This document shows, piece by piece, positions 14,376 through 27,616 of a stretch of 64,000 nt of DNA (positions are counted from its first letter, which is position 1; the number at the start of each line of letters is the position of its first letter). A program made the position numbers and the translations under genes. The notes under the pieces were generated by a model. It did not search any database. It saw only the letters and a program-made list of their open reading frames with translations, and was not told where the DNA came from. The DNA is from Polymyxa betae A26-41 (lineage: Eukaryota; Protista; Endomyxa: Phytomyxea). The DNA lies in NCBI GenBank assembly GCA_003693705.1, contig RBZT01000198.1:71925-135924 (forward strand), read 5' to 3'.

Positions 14376-17300
14376 TTAAATGATATTGAACAACTTCTTA
14401 AGCTTGATGACACATTTCCAATCATCCTGACTGAGATAATCCTTAAAATTGGCTTTTAGCACATTAATGGATTGTCTGCTGATTTTACTGAGCAGCAAGT
14501 TTGTATGATCAAACTGTCTTCCATAGGTACATGCAGCATGACCTAATTTGAATCAATCTAAATTGAATCACAAGGACAAAATATGGACACAAACCTGGTT
14601 TAGGTTCAATCTTAATGCAGACCTGCTGGCCTGCCTTAGCTTCATTAACCTCCTTATGATTCAATTCCATTCCTGTCACTTCTCCAATGATGATGTCTCC
14701 TTTCTCATGCACACATAATGGAGTGCCTGATTACGTAATTCAATTAGTCATTCAATGACTGGATACGAGATAGGATACCCTTGCGAAGTACGCCTTCCTT
14801 AATCATAACACCAAGCAATATAGGATCTTTACGACAGAATACATAATCAGGTATAATTTCAAGTATACAGGGCATAATTACAACACTCTCAGCAGCTGCC
14901 ATATTGGCACTCTGCAAATAACAATCAGATTATATCTGCAGTAACATACATTAACACAAAGACAGACATACCTGAACTTCTTTCATATAGGCAGTAAACT
15001 GATCAAATAAATGATAAATAATATCAGCAGTAAATATTCGCACAGCACGTTCTTGTGCATGTTGACGGGCTTCAGCAGAAACCTGAGCAGAATCCCATTT
15101 TAGAGAACAGATCTCCAATCAATAATCATGATAGACCTTAACATCAAATGCTAATATGCATGCATATTCTGGTTGCTTATCGACCATTATGGCAGCTTTG
15201 GAAACATCCTTCTTATGTACTGGACCAATACCAATACCTGAGACAGGAATCTTCATATCTGATAGGAACTATGATAACATATGATCAATGATCGCTACAG
15301 AGATTAGAAATGCATGATGACCTGCAATAAAGCCTCTAAAGATCCCAAAGTCGATGCCTGAACACAGACACCGCGACCTGATTTATCAACTTTTGATAAT
15401 ATTGTTGCCAGATCAGTCATGACTTCATCCTTAAGATCTTCAATATCATCATCAGGGCCAGCAACCAGTAACTGAGAACCGGCAATGGCATCTTCCAAAC
15501 CAGAAGCTGCAATCTAACATATACATTGAACAGAGGCGGTGATAAAATTTGAAGATGGCACCTTAATACCAGCAGCTGCTCTAACAGTTTTAAGACGTTG
15601 ATATTCTCCTTTAACTCGAAGTTCAGTCATTGGATATGGAGTTAGTAACGCTCTAATAGTAGTGACGATAGGACCATGAAGACCACATACAACAATAGTA
15701 TCATTGACATGAAGATATCCATTACTCAATATAACATCGATAGTAGTACCAATACCATCAACTATTTTCACCTGTACAATAATTATATCAAATATGTATA
15801 AACACAGACATGTATCAGAACAAAACTACTGACCTCTAGAACAGTGCATTGCAACTCAGAGATATATTGCAAGCGCTCACTCATCATATGTTGACATAGC
15901 TGTACGAGAAGCATAAGTAGATCTGGAAGACCTTCACCAGTAATAGCAGAGGTAGGAACTAATGAGACATTCTTCCGAAAATCTGCATTACGGTAATACA
16001 GAGTACAGTTCAAGCCTAACATTCTCTCAATTACCCAACAAACCATAATCAAACGCCAGACCTTCTTCAGCAAACGCTCCGATAGTATTTCTAACACGTT
16101 CTTCAAATTCTTCTCTTGTATGTTCCGGCTATGAAATCATATTTACTACAGTTTACTGAGAATGAATGAAAGTACCTGATTTGCTAATGTAGTTGAAAAT
16201 GGAGCCCATGGATCTGCTTTCCATCCATAAATACGATCCACCTTGTTTAAAGCGACAACAAAGGGAGTCTTCTTCTGTCTAATATAATCACCATTGTCAG
16301 ATATGCAGGGAGATTTACAGAATTCAATTACCTCAATAATTGCAGTGATTCTTTGGTCTGCTGCTCTAATCCATGCATGATATCTACCACCAATATAGCA
16401 ATATCACCTGTGATTAGTTTAGAGCTGTATCTTATGAATGAATAATGAAGATTATACAGAGTGAAGAACCACGGGTTCTGAGATTGGTGAAAGATTCGTG
16501 ACCAGGTGTATCAATAATTAATAAACCTGGTAGTTTATACTCAAGTTGCTTTTTCTGTAGACGAATATGAAATCAATTGAAGGAACAAGAGCGGAATAAC
16601 CTGTAGAGCATTAAGATCTTTGGTTTTCTCGACAATAGCAGTCATAGGGAAGTATGAAGCACCAATCTGTTGTGTAATACCACCAGCTTCACCATCTTGA
16701 ACCTAAACAGGTAAATCAGTATGCAGTCACCAATATCAGATAAGACTATGAGACCTTGGTCCGTCTAATCTTATCCAATATCTTTGTCTTTCCCGTATCA
16801 ACATGACCAAGAATACAACAAATTGGAGATCGAAGATTAGTCTGAGATCTCTCAGCCAATGCAGCCTCTTTTCTCTTTTCACGTCGAGCTCGAGAATCTA
16901 CTTTAGATTGTTCTAAATATCAACGATTTATAGGAGCTAAATGAACAATCCAGATTAGAACTTACCACGAGCATCGTGTTCAGAATCTGATTCTGATCCA
17001 GGTTGAGACTGATCTTGGTTCTTATTAGATGCAACAGTAGTAGGTTGAGACTGACGACCATTTCCATCCAGCTTTTTCTGTTCAAAATTTTTATGACAAT
17101 CTTCTGCTTCTTTGTTTTGACTTTCTTCCACCAGTTCAAGTTGCTGCCTCTCAGCCTTCTCCCTAAAATACATCAAAAATATATGAAAGACCGATCAATT
17201 GAAATATGGATTCAGTACCGTTCTCGAATGAGACGTTGTTTCTGTCTATAAGCTCTGGCTTTAGCTCGTTTAGCCCGTCGCTCTTCCTTCTCACGACGAA

Positions 17301-18680
17301 GACGAGCCTCATCTTCACTATCCATATCCCAATCTGCAACAACTGAACCTGATGATGCTTCACTCATGATATCCTCTTCAGATATCTCAGGTTCAGGTTC
17401 AGGTTCAGAACGAATAGGAACAGGTTCTGGTTCCGGTTCAGGAACATTCTGCTCTTCTTCTTGCAGAGCTTCTTCTTGTTCAACTTCAGGCAGCGCTGCC
17501 TTTGCCAATAATTTCTCCTTCTGTGTTAGTTTCTTTACCTTTCTGAGCGATACAAAAACTGAGCAAACCTGTCGAAACGAGAACGATTACGAACCTTCTA
17601 GGTTTTGGTTTGGCTCCATTGGCAGGTCGTTCGACTTTATCAGGAATCAGACCTTGAGCCCTTAATTGCTCCACGTAAGAAGCATCTCTGTTAGCTTTAG
17701 CTTTTTGCCCTAAATGTCTCGTCAGCAATAAGTTCCATGTACATAGCTACCATAACGACGACCTTTCGTTAGCAATTTTCCTTGACGACGTAGTTCCTCT
17801 TGTTTCCGCTTCTTTTCTTCAATCTTTCGAAGACGCTCTTCTTCTTTACGTTTAGCCTTGAATTAGCAGTGAGTCAAAAGAGCTAGGCATGAATAGGAAT
17901 ATAGCAGAAACCTCTTCCTCTTCCTGACGTTGTTTCTCCTCAATTTTGCGAAGACGTTCCTCTTCTTGTCGTTGGAATTCTTCTTCTGCTCGTTTTTCAG
18001 CTTCTAATCGTTGTTTTAGAGCGAGAATGGCAGCGTTGGTTTTGGACGCGACAGGAGCAGCAGCAGGTTCAGGTTCCTTGAAAAATAAACTGAGCGTGGG
18101 CACAGAAATTAACAGAGAAGAGAACCTTCTTCTTTTTTTTAGGTTTCTTCTTTTTTTTAGATTCTAATTCCTCGACAGCCAGAGGAGAGGCTAGTTCAGC
18201 TAACAGATCGTCAAGACCACCACCATCAGCTTGCTGTTGATTGGCAGTTTCAGACGCAGGAGCAAGCTCGGCAGGTTCTGATTGCGATTGCAAGAGAATA
18301 TCGATATCATCCTAAATGACAGTTAGTTTAACAGATTTATAACGATATCATTGAAATCTATTCCAACTGACATTATTTGTAGAATCAGCAATAGCGCCTG
18401 ATCCAGACTTCTTCTTCTTCTTCTTCTTATTCGAAGCAGCAGGAGCAGAATCAATCTCTAATTCAGCTAAAAGGTTGTCAATATCGTTCGATGCTGGTTT
18501 GGCTTTCTGTTTGGATTTGGATGCAGGCTCAGGACCGGAAGCAAATTCCGGTTGTTTCTGCTGAATTAACGAAGGCAATTCCTCCCCTTGATCACTGAAA
18601 TCATCATCGTCACCATCATCAAGCATGAGGAATGCATTTCTAGCTACAGGTGTAGATTGTTCCTCATCAGAAGACGACAT
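14376..18680 (-). CDS. EIF5B: Translation initiation factor eIF5B
   Basis: Charged N-terminus (MSSSDEEQ...), [59 protein letters not shown], ends KLKKLFNII*. Many short introns. Confidence 0.96.
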
Positions 18681-18755
18681 GGTCCTCTTATAAATAATAT
18701 AGACGAATAAATTGTAGTAATAAAAGATGATAGAGATGCGCAAAGGCCCTGCTCC

Positions 18756-18769
18756 ACGGACTCCGTAAT
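18756..18769 (-). promoter_or_regulatory. Candidate promoter element ACGGAGTCCGT (overlapping ATTACGGA) upstream of eIF5B
   Basis: The same 11-mer, in the same gene orientation, lies 66-76 nt upstream of the RPL3 ATG. Here it is 76-86 nt upstream. Confidence 0.55.
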
Positions 18770-19068
18770 ATTTCCATTTATTTTCTTTTCAGATAAAATC
18801 CAAATCTCGTTATCGATAGGTAATTTACATACTGGCTAACCGCTAAGCAAACCTCACAATTCAATGAATTGACTATAGGGGTAGGTTTGCCAAACAATGG
18901 ACCAACCTTACCGAAGACACTCTAAACATGAATGTTGGATTGCATTCTCGTGAATCATTGGTCGCTGTCGACTATGACAGAATCACCATAGAGTTCGTTA
19001 TGATATTCTTATCCAGTATCAGGTAATAGTCATTCAAATTTGTGCGTAGTATAGTTGCAATATTTGTA

Positions 19069-19955
19069 CTCCCTCTGTCCGGTAATAAATGTCCGGTAGG
19101 AAAAAGATCCCGGGATTAAGGTCAATCTTTGCTTGAATCTTTCTATTTGGCGCTCAAATGAAAGGGTTTGGCCAGAGCTATCTGATGCAGAAATTTTCAG
19201 CTTCAGCCGAGCCTTGCTCGCTGAGATATTGTGCGTTGAACCTCGTCGATTTTAATTCATGTTTTGTAATCACCGGCCTCGTGAAATGAAGTTTCCAGGA
19301 TTAGCTCCGACCATCCACGAATCGGGGAAAAGTCCCCAAAAACCTAATCTAACCGATTAGCAGAGTCCAGATGTGTATGAGCAGTTGTTATCGCATCACA
19401 AGAATGGAAAACTCAAAATGGCACAATTGGAGATTTTATAAAATCTCTGTTCGTTTAAAAACTTTGAGCAATCTGGCAACACGACAACATCCAATCTCTG
19501 ATGGGGTCACCCTAAGCTGTGGTATCTTCGAGGCGTAAGGGGAAATGTGCCCACAAGTCTAGCATGTTTGATCTAGAGGCAGTCAAAAAAGTGACGATGA
19601 ATTCGAGACTAAACATCAGATCTCTGGGCTGCACAGATGAGTATTCCAACAAGCGCACTGGATGAACGTAGGCTGGATTATATACCTATTTCTAACCTTG
19701 CAGCAGTGCCTGATGAGCGCAAAGGAAGTCGAAGACGGGAATATATGTAAAATCAAAAATTCGCCGAAAGATCAGCTCGACAGAGCCGACTCTCTGCCTC
19801 TGTCGATCTCGTGTGATCCTGTCCTGGTTGAAAATGTTAAACAAATTCTTTTAAATCAACAATAAACAGCATTTTTCAGCAATTATGGAACTGGACATTT
19901 ATTTTCGGACAACGCATAATAACGGAATCGGACATTTATTACCGGACAGAGGGAG
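19069..19955 (+). mobile_element. Non-autonomous Tc1/mariner element, plant-type (DD39D/Stowaway-like ends)
   Basis: Perfect 27-bp TIRs CTCCCTCTGTCCGGTAATAAATGTCCG (19069-19095 and 19929-19955) with TA on both flanks. Decayed transposase pieces: IWQHDN and FLTLQQCLMSAKEVEDGNICKIKNSPKDQLDRADSLPLSISCDP. Confidence 0.93.
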
Positions 19956-20027
19956 TAATAAACATGGAAAGATTGACTTGTACATTGACAATTGCTTATT
20001 GGGTCTGGGCAATGTCCATTCATATTC

Positions 20028-21540
20028 ATGTCTGATCAACATCTTACCATAATCGTATATCGATCTCCATCTCTAACTGCTGTTCCATTACATATTACAC
20101 GTCAGACATTGATTGATGATCTGCTTGCTCTTCTAGGGCCAGATCCCAAACCAGATCGTCATTCATTGTATTCCATAACTGATAATGATGTAAGACAGCT
20201 GAGTGAACGTCTAAATGGTGATCAGAGAGCATATCTTTATAATCATGTGTATTATGGACCTGATATAAGACCTCAACAAGTTATGGATCTAGACTCTGCT
20301 AATAAGAAGATTGTATGAAACTCCCATGATACATGGATATGATATGTAATATATTCTATAGATAATGCTTGATCAAACTGATACTGTACAAAACTTGGTA
20401 TGAATATGCTCATTCTAACTCTCCATTACAATTAAATATTGACATACAGACTGGCATTATTGCTAAAAAATTTGATATTGATGATGCATCTGAGTTATCA
20501 TTACAAAGATATCAACGATCTTCAAGTTACTCATTTCCTAGTTCATGGATAAATTTATGTTTATATTCTATCAGGTTCTCAACTGCAATGGTTACGTCCA
20601 GATCAACCTTTATATAATCAAATATCAACTCAACACGTGGTTATATTAAGAAAGAAATTCTTTCTATTAGATCAGTCATTAACAGCAGATAGATCAGCAT
20701 TACTTCATTTCACATTCTTAGAAGTATTCGCTTACTGATTATTATCTTAGTTGTCTAATTATTGGCAGGCTCGGCACTCGATTCTAACTGGTGTCTACGA
20801 GGCTAACTTCGATCAGACCGTTCAATTTGCAGCATTAATGATGCAAATCGCGTATGGTAATTATGATCCATTAATTCATGTAGCTGGATTCATGGAGTAA
20901 TATATGATCTTTTCAAATAATAATGAGATCTATCTAATATCATTGTATATAGTGTTATGGAGTTCTTACCAGCACCATATCGATCAAGTCCATTTATTGA
21001 AGAATATGTATACAGAGAACATCGTCGTTTAAAGAATGTCGATGCTAACACCTGCAAATTACGGTTTCTACGTCGATGTTTTCAACTATCAACATATGGT
21101 GTCACATATGCTGAGGCTCGAGTAATCAATCTTCCAACTCCATTTGGCTATTTTTTAATTGAAGTTTCACATAACAGGAACAATCATCAGACGATGCATA
21201 CTCGAGTGATATCCTGCTTGGAGCCAATTGTAATTTCGTTTTAATTCTGAATCGATCCAATAAGGAGGTATTTGGACGTCATCTTCTGGTGGAGATTAAT
21301 GGCACTGAATTATCTGGCAATCGTTTAACATTGCGATTGAAAGGTCGTGATAGACATTTTTATTTCGAATCTGATCAGGATGCCATATTGCTTCATGATC
21401 TGATAGCTGGTTATACATCATTCCAAAGAACTCGACGAGAGCAGACCAATCTGGCAACATTTGCTGTGAATGCATCATTGATTGTACCAAAAAATGTTTC
21501 ATGTCAAGATCTCTCTAATATGGCTGATTGCTCAATCTAA
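20028..21540 (+). CDS. Talin-head-like FERM domain protein (no rod)
   Basis: Spliced reading gives RPQQVMDLDSANKKIIMLDQTDTV, WLRPDQPL, LRKKFFLLDQ, ARHSILTGVY..FAALMMQIAYGNYD..HVAGFM, EFLPAPY, LRFLRRCFQLSTYGVT, then a PH-like F3. Colinear with the talin F1-F2-F3 head. Confidence 0.8.
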
Positions 21541-22892
21541 CAGAATAGTATACGTCTATCATCATTGATAATGAAAGAATTCCATTCGTCATGATCTGGG
21601 ACTTGTACTTTAATTAATCCAGAAATTGAACTGATACTTTTACATTTGAATATCTGGCTGATTGCCAGAACACGTCTCAGACCTTGATTATCGTGTAATC
21701 CCTTAATATCACATTCACGTATCCACTCATGCAATAATTGCATTTCGTTCTGTAGCCAATCCTTTCCTGTAGCTTTCTTTAGATGCGACTTGACCTCTAC
21801 CAATCTCTCCAGAAGTGAACATGAAATCACGTCCAACATTTCATTCATGATTAAGGATATTGTTGATATTTGCTTGGTCCTGCACACTATTTCTACTGGT
21901 TGTATAATTGATTCGATAATTTTTGGCATGAATGTAACCTGCTTCTTCACCACGTTCTTTTGGATTACTTGACTGAGAACTTGAACAGATTCACTTTGAA
22001 ATATGACAGATATTGAGTCGACTAGATGGGCTAAAGTCAATCGAAAATACCAAATAATCTGTCGTATTGATTGTTGTGATTTATCAGCATTATCAACAGA
22101 GCTGATGATTATCTGAATCTCATCACATGCATCAATTAACATTTGTAAATGATCTTTTGATCTGATATGCGACATTGTCCAGAAATGATGTAAAAGATAT
22201 CGATAGATGGATATAGAAATATGTTTGCCAGTACAATCTCTCAGGTATTGGATCAGATTTAAAGCTTCATATCGAGTTATTTCAGGTATGAATCTTGTAC
22301 CAATTCGTTGTAGATCTAATCGCATCTCATGTTTCTGGTCTATTCGAATATTGAAATCCAGATTACATCCAGTATAGCATGATAATCTCCAAATCCAATC
22401 TCGGCATTGATTGTATAATCGCATGTCTATCATATCATTAAATGACGATATCTGCTTAATCAATACAACTTTGATCAGCTCTATCTGCTTCTGAATTCTC
22501 TCTCCAAACTGTCGCTCTATCCAGGCAGTACTGATTCCTTGATCAAATTTCACGAAACTTTTCTCGATTATGGTCTGAATTCGAGCAAATGCAGTTGAAA
22601 GTTGATCGAGTTCGATAAGCTGTCGGCATGCTTCTAGTTCATGACACAGTTCATTGATCATTGAATCTCGTCGAGTCTGTTCTGTCCGCTTCCATTCCTG
22701 ATCAATCTCTTCACCATACAGCTGAATATGATTATTATCCTGAATCAAGTTATGAGGGAACAGCTCTTTAGCAATACGATAGGAAGCTCGATTGATGGCG
22801 ATAAAACGTTGACGCTTGAATATCTGCTGATCTGTGTCATAACAGTGAATGGGAATTGATTGTAGATGTCTCTCCACTAATGATATAGACAT
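21537..22892 (-). CDS. Intronless all-helical hypothetical protein, possibly a ZW10/Dsl1-like CATCHR tether
   Basis: 451-aa uninterrupted ORF with an N-terminal coiled coil and helical repeats. The family call is weak. Confidence 0.55.
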   Translation of the reverse strand: MSISLVERHLQSIPIHCYDTDQQIFKRQRFIAINRASYRIAKELFPHNLIQDNNHIQLYGEEIDQEWKRTEQTRRDSMINELCHELEACRQLIELDQLSTAFARIQTIIEKSFVKFDQGISTAWIERQFGERIQKQIELIKVVLIKQISSFNDMIDMRLYNQCRDWIWRLSCYTGCNLDFNIRIDQKHEMRLDLQRIGTRFIPEITRYEALNLIQYLRDCTGKHISISIYRYLLHHFWTMSHIRSKDHLQMLIDACDEIQIIISSVDNADKSQQSIRQIIWYFRLTLAHLVDSISVIFQSESVQVLSQVIQKNVVKKQVTFMPKIIESIIQPVEIVCRTKQISTISLIMNEMLDVISCSLLERLVEVKSHLKKATGKDWLQNEMQLLHEWIRECDIKGLHDNQGLRRVLAISQIFKCKSISSISGLIKVQVPDHDEWNSFIINDDRRILFC

Positions 22893-22952
22893 ATCTCACT
22901 ATATTACTCATACGCTATGATCAATTCAGGTACAATTCCACATTAATTATAT

Positions 22953-25900
22953 TCATATATCATTAGTATCGCCACTATTTAGGATCGCCTCTCGATAAGA
23001 ATACTGTTTTACCGGATCAGGAGTAAAATCTTCCAGTTTGAAATCGGCAGAAGAAATGGCTGGCTTCTGAGACCCTTGAGGAGGATTCTGACATGGAACA
23101 ATATCTGACTGGTGTGTGCCATGATTCTTGATAGGATCTGATACACGATAGATAGAGCTAGGCTGAATCTGGATTTCACACATTGGACATATGCCTTGAG
23201 TAGATACGTATGATATCAATGATTGATATAATGCTGGAAATCGACATGATGGACATTCTGACCACTGACTCAATACCATATGTTTGCCCTAAATGCAATA
23301 TTCAATGATAATATTATATGCAATATAAATATATAATACAGTTACTGAACAGAATGCTATACTATTCTTACAGTATACACAATCAAGTACTGTATCAGGA
23401 ATTAAATTCGAACAGTATGGACATGGAGATGTCTCTTCTTCTTCCTCATCTTGAACACGTCTCCTGTTTAATCAATCCATATCAGTCATGGATTCATTTC
23501 CATTCGTACCATAACCCAACCTCACTATATCCTCAATCTTTCGTTTAACTTTGGCATTCAACAATTGACGATATTCAGGTCGCATCAGCATTGCAGCGAA
23601 CTCATACGCGGATTTCCTCATGCCTGAAAATTCTCCAATCAAGCTTCTACAAAAACCAGGACAGAATACATAAATTACCAGCTCGAACACATTCAATAAC
23701 GGCAGATGTTAAAATTGGTACAACATGCTCTCCAAATTTACTGATGTTCTTAGCCACTCTGATCAACATACGAGCAGCACCCTGATGATTCTCAGATTGA
23801 ACCAGATACTTGCAGCAAGATTCAGTTTCAGTAATAGAGCTGATAGGATTGATACCTTAACGAGTACATAGCTATGAAGTAGAACCAGACTACGATTTAG
23901 CTCGTCTGGAACAGGAAGCCCACGAGTCCTCAATTCCCTCTCTGAAAACACCAACATCCAGTGTGCTGATTTATATCGCCCTTGTCTCTGCTCTTCTTCT
24001 GACATTATAATCGCCATCTTCCCAGCTCGATTCCAATCCTCCAAAGCAATTAGCAACTGCAGGACATGTCTTGGATCTCGACTTCTTCCATCAGTCTCAC
24101 CCAGAAGACAACGTTCAATCATAGTCACTAATTCATTTCTATCTGGATCTTCTTTTGTCTTTCGGATGACATCAATAGCCATCTCGATAGCGTTATCATC
24201 GCCTAACAGGAATAACCGCACTGCTCGCTGATATTGTCGTAATTGCAGATAGCAATTCGCCGCTTTGGTCATCTCCTTTCTATTCTCATAATATGATGCT
24301 ATTCTATGATATTGCTCAGGGGTTCCATGATCAGCAAGATAGGATAGATAGAGATCCATACGATCAGACTGTTCAGCTAGCTGAAAAGCTTCTGATGATC
24401 TCTGTGAAAGCATCAGGAATTCTATTGCAGAATCATAATCGCGGTTCTGTTTGCAGAATTCGGCAATGAGATCAGCTCCTTCTGCACATCGAGTCTGTCT
24501 AACAATAGAGAAGGCTTTGGATGGATCAAGATGCTCGAGATTTAAACGAACCACAGATGTGACATCTTCTGCAATTTCATAGGCGCTCTCTGCTTCAGCA
24601 AAGTCACCCTGCTTCTCTTTAGCTTTAGCATACAGAGCGTGAAGCTTGGGAGTGCTGATGAGTTTCATGAAGGGACCAGCCTCTTTGTAATTCTTTGTAT
24701 AGATATAGATTGAAGCGGCTTTCTCATAAGCTTGACAGCGAGCATATAAATCAGCTGCATCTAGATACTGTTTATCATTCTCCAGTACAGATGCACATTC
24801 TCTCATCAGATTCGGATCCCCCAGAGCAGAGATTATTTGTCGTCCCTTGGCTACATCACCTAGATGCATGGCAATACGTGCAAGACCCTGCAGACGTTTT
24901 TCATCATTCTGTCTCCCTCAACAATCGTTAGCCCTACCTTCTGGCACTTTTTCCAAATATCATCATGAACATTGGGTAACGTTTCAACAGCACGCTGATA
25001 CATATTGCCAGCTTGATCATAGAAACCTTTCAGTTCAAGTTGAGCAGCATGTTCAAGACAAATGATTGGTATCTGAGACGAATCCAGATTTTGTGTTAAA
25101 CGGTAGGCGCGATCCCATTGCAGCAGGTCTCTTCGCATATCTAGCGCTAATTTGGGCCGATTTGATAACAGAAACGCTTTCTCGGCGTCATCATATTGAT
25201 TCTGTAGCAGAAATATGTGACCTGACAGGAGATTGAGTTCCTCCATGTACTGGATCTTCTCTAATTCAATAACTTTGCTGACGTAGCCCAAATATCTGCA
25301 TACACTTATGGCCAAGCTGATATCCATCAGAGCGAGCGCCTTTGACAGTAGCGGTTTCATAACAAGATCCAGATTGTTATCAAAAGCTATTCGCCAAGCT
25401 TCATACAAACGCCCTAGCTGAATATACTGCATAGAAGCGGCAACAAGTCGATCTGGTGATACTTTCACGCCGGCCGTGATAAGTTCATGAGAAGCAAGGA
25501 TACATGAGCTTAATTTACTGGGATCAGAAGCTCGTAATCCATAGACACAGCCGTTATCAAGTGCTACTGAAAAAAAGGCAGCAGGTAGTGCTGTCTTCTC
25601 AACAAGCGAAACAAAGTCGCCGGTAAGGCTTTGTGGTGTGTAAACGAATGTTGTTACAGAGTGCTCATCACGATTACTAACAGCTATAAAAACAGTTGAT
25701 GACGACGACAGATCCCAAAGTACTGAGCGTGTCCCGACAGGAAATCCTAAAGCAAAGTTTCAAACTGATGCTCTACTAGCCAACTTTGCATATTACGTAC
25801 CGGTTATTTCAGTTTTTTGACGTTTACTGGGACATAGTAAAAATGCATTACCAGAGTCGTCAATCACAACAGATCGAGTTCCTGTCGGACTTGGAAATAC

Positions 25901-27616
25901 AGAGCGTAAGCCTTGATTGTGACGAAACTCATCAATTTGCTTATACACAGGAGACATGCTTCGATCCACAAGACAGTGGCGAATGCATCCATTGCTATCG
26001 CCGTATATAAGGAACCGGTCGATTAAGCCCATGGTAGTAATATTATTATCTCCAGACTCAGGCAATGTTTGTGAGCCTTCATGAACTTCACTGTCCTCAA
26101 CAGCAACAAGTTGAATCTGCCCGTTTACGGTCAGAATGGCACAGTGAGTTTCGTTCAGCGCGATCGACTTGATAGAACCAATAGAATCAATCGTTCGAAC
26201 CAGCTCTTTATCTTCCATACGATAAATCCAAACGCGATTGTTCATACCAGCAGCAATCTAAGCAGACGTGGTGTTAGGATTGAGCTTAAAGCGGTATTCC
26301 TAACCTACATATAAGTCTCCAACTGCCATAAATCCTGGTTCGATATCCAGTGACAGAGTCTTTTTATTTTTTTCGTCATCTTGAAGGTCTTTTACATAGG
26401 TGAGCTCTCGTAATGAGGACAAGAACACAGGAATCCCTTTATAGCATGCCCCCATTGGCGGAATAGAAATAAGAAAACTTGAAACCATTCCTGCAGTAGT
26501 GGAGACCTAGAACCAATGGGCCCCAAAATAGTGTGAATTCAGAATCATTAAACATACTGTGAGTATTTGCCCATCACTTGTCCAATCTAATGCTTTAGGT
26601 GCACCTTTCAGCTGATCCTTATCCACAGTCGCCAATTTCAATTCTCTCCAATCAGATAAATCAACAACTCGAACTCCATCATATGCACATGTGGCGAACA
26701 TATTTCCTGTCAGGGTCACAGACATGGCACTCATTGGTTCGTCGTGTAGCTTTAGACAATGCAACTCTTCACCAATCTCTTTCATATGCGTCGATATGAC
26801 CACAACGAAACCATTTGAAAATGAACATAACAAGTATCCGTCTCCATACCAAGCATAATCAATAATCTCCCCATACTTGGATTGGAAAGCCAGTTCAACC
26901 GGATTCAAGGTATCATCCAAATCGAACATGAATACTGTCTTTCTTTCCATATTCATGGACAAAGTCGAATCCCGATCTTTTTTTCTCTCTTCATTTTTCT
27001 TGTCTGAGAACCGCATAGATATCGGCAGTGACCTGAGGGCGGTTTCGTGAAGAGTGACACCTTCTGTATCACTTATCGTCACAACCTTATCGGTTGAGCA
27101 CAACGCTAACTTGTTTTGTAGACTCCATGCACCACAAACAATCTTCTTGCTGTGCTTCCCGACAATTGGAACCTTCCTTTTAGTTTTTGAGTTGTACATG
27201 AGAAGATTTCCTTGATTTGTAGCAACTGCCAGTTGAGGACCAACTTTTGACCACAGCATCATGCAGGGATCTTTTAAGTTCGTATTAAGCTCGCTTTTGC
27301 TCTTTGATCGACGATTCCAAATAGTGATTTTGCTGTTTCCTTCCTGAAGGATCCCCAGCTGCTCCCCTTCATAATCCCAGGCAATCGATAGACATTGCCT
27401 GCACGAAATTAAATCCATTCAATTTGTAACCTCAATTGCCTACCCGCTTTCAGTAAGTTGAAACTGATCATATTCTTCTCCAGTTCTGTTCCATATCAAA
27501 ACCCTTAGATTTACTCCACATGAAGCTAAGACGGTCCCAGCTGGATCCCAAGCAACAGCTACATTGCCAAACCCATGAACGTCTTCACCTCGACTGAATA
27601 GCAGCCGAGCAGGCAT
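22953..27616 (-). CDS. WDR19: Intraflagellar transport protein IFT144/WDR19
   Basis: N-terminal WD40s ([34 protein letters not shown]), [14 protein letters not shown], TPRs, [11 protein letters not shown] and a C-terminal Zn ribbon ([13 protein letters not shown]). Confidence 0.95.

Noticed and set aside
17366-17440. TCAGGT-type hexamer repeats
   Set aside because: They encode the EPEPEP low-complexity linker of eIF5B.
19324-19337. GAAAAGTCCCC resembling the RNase MRP/P CR-I motif
   Set aside because: It lies inside the mariner remnant and no matching CR-V/P4 partner was found.
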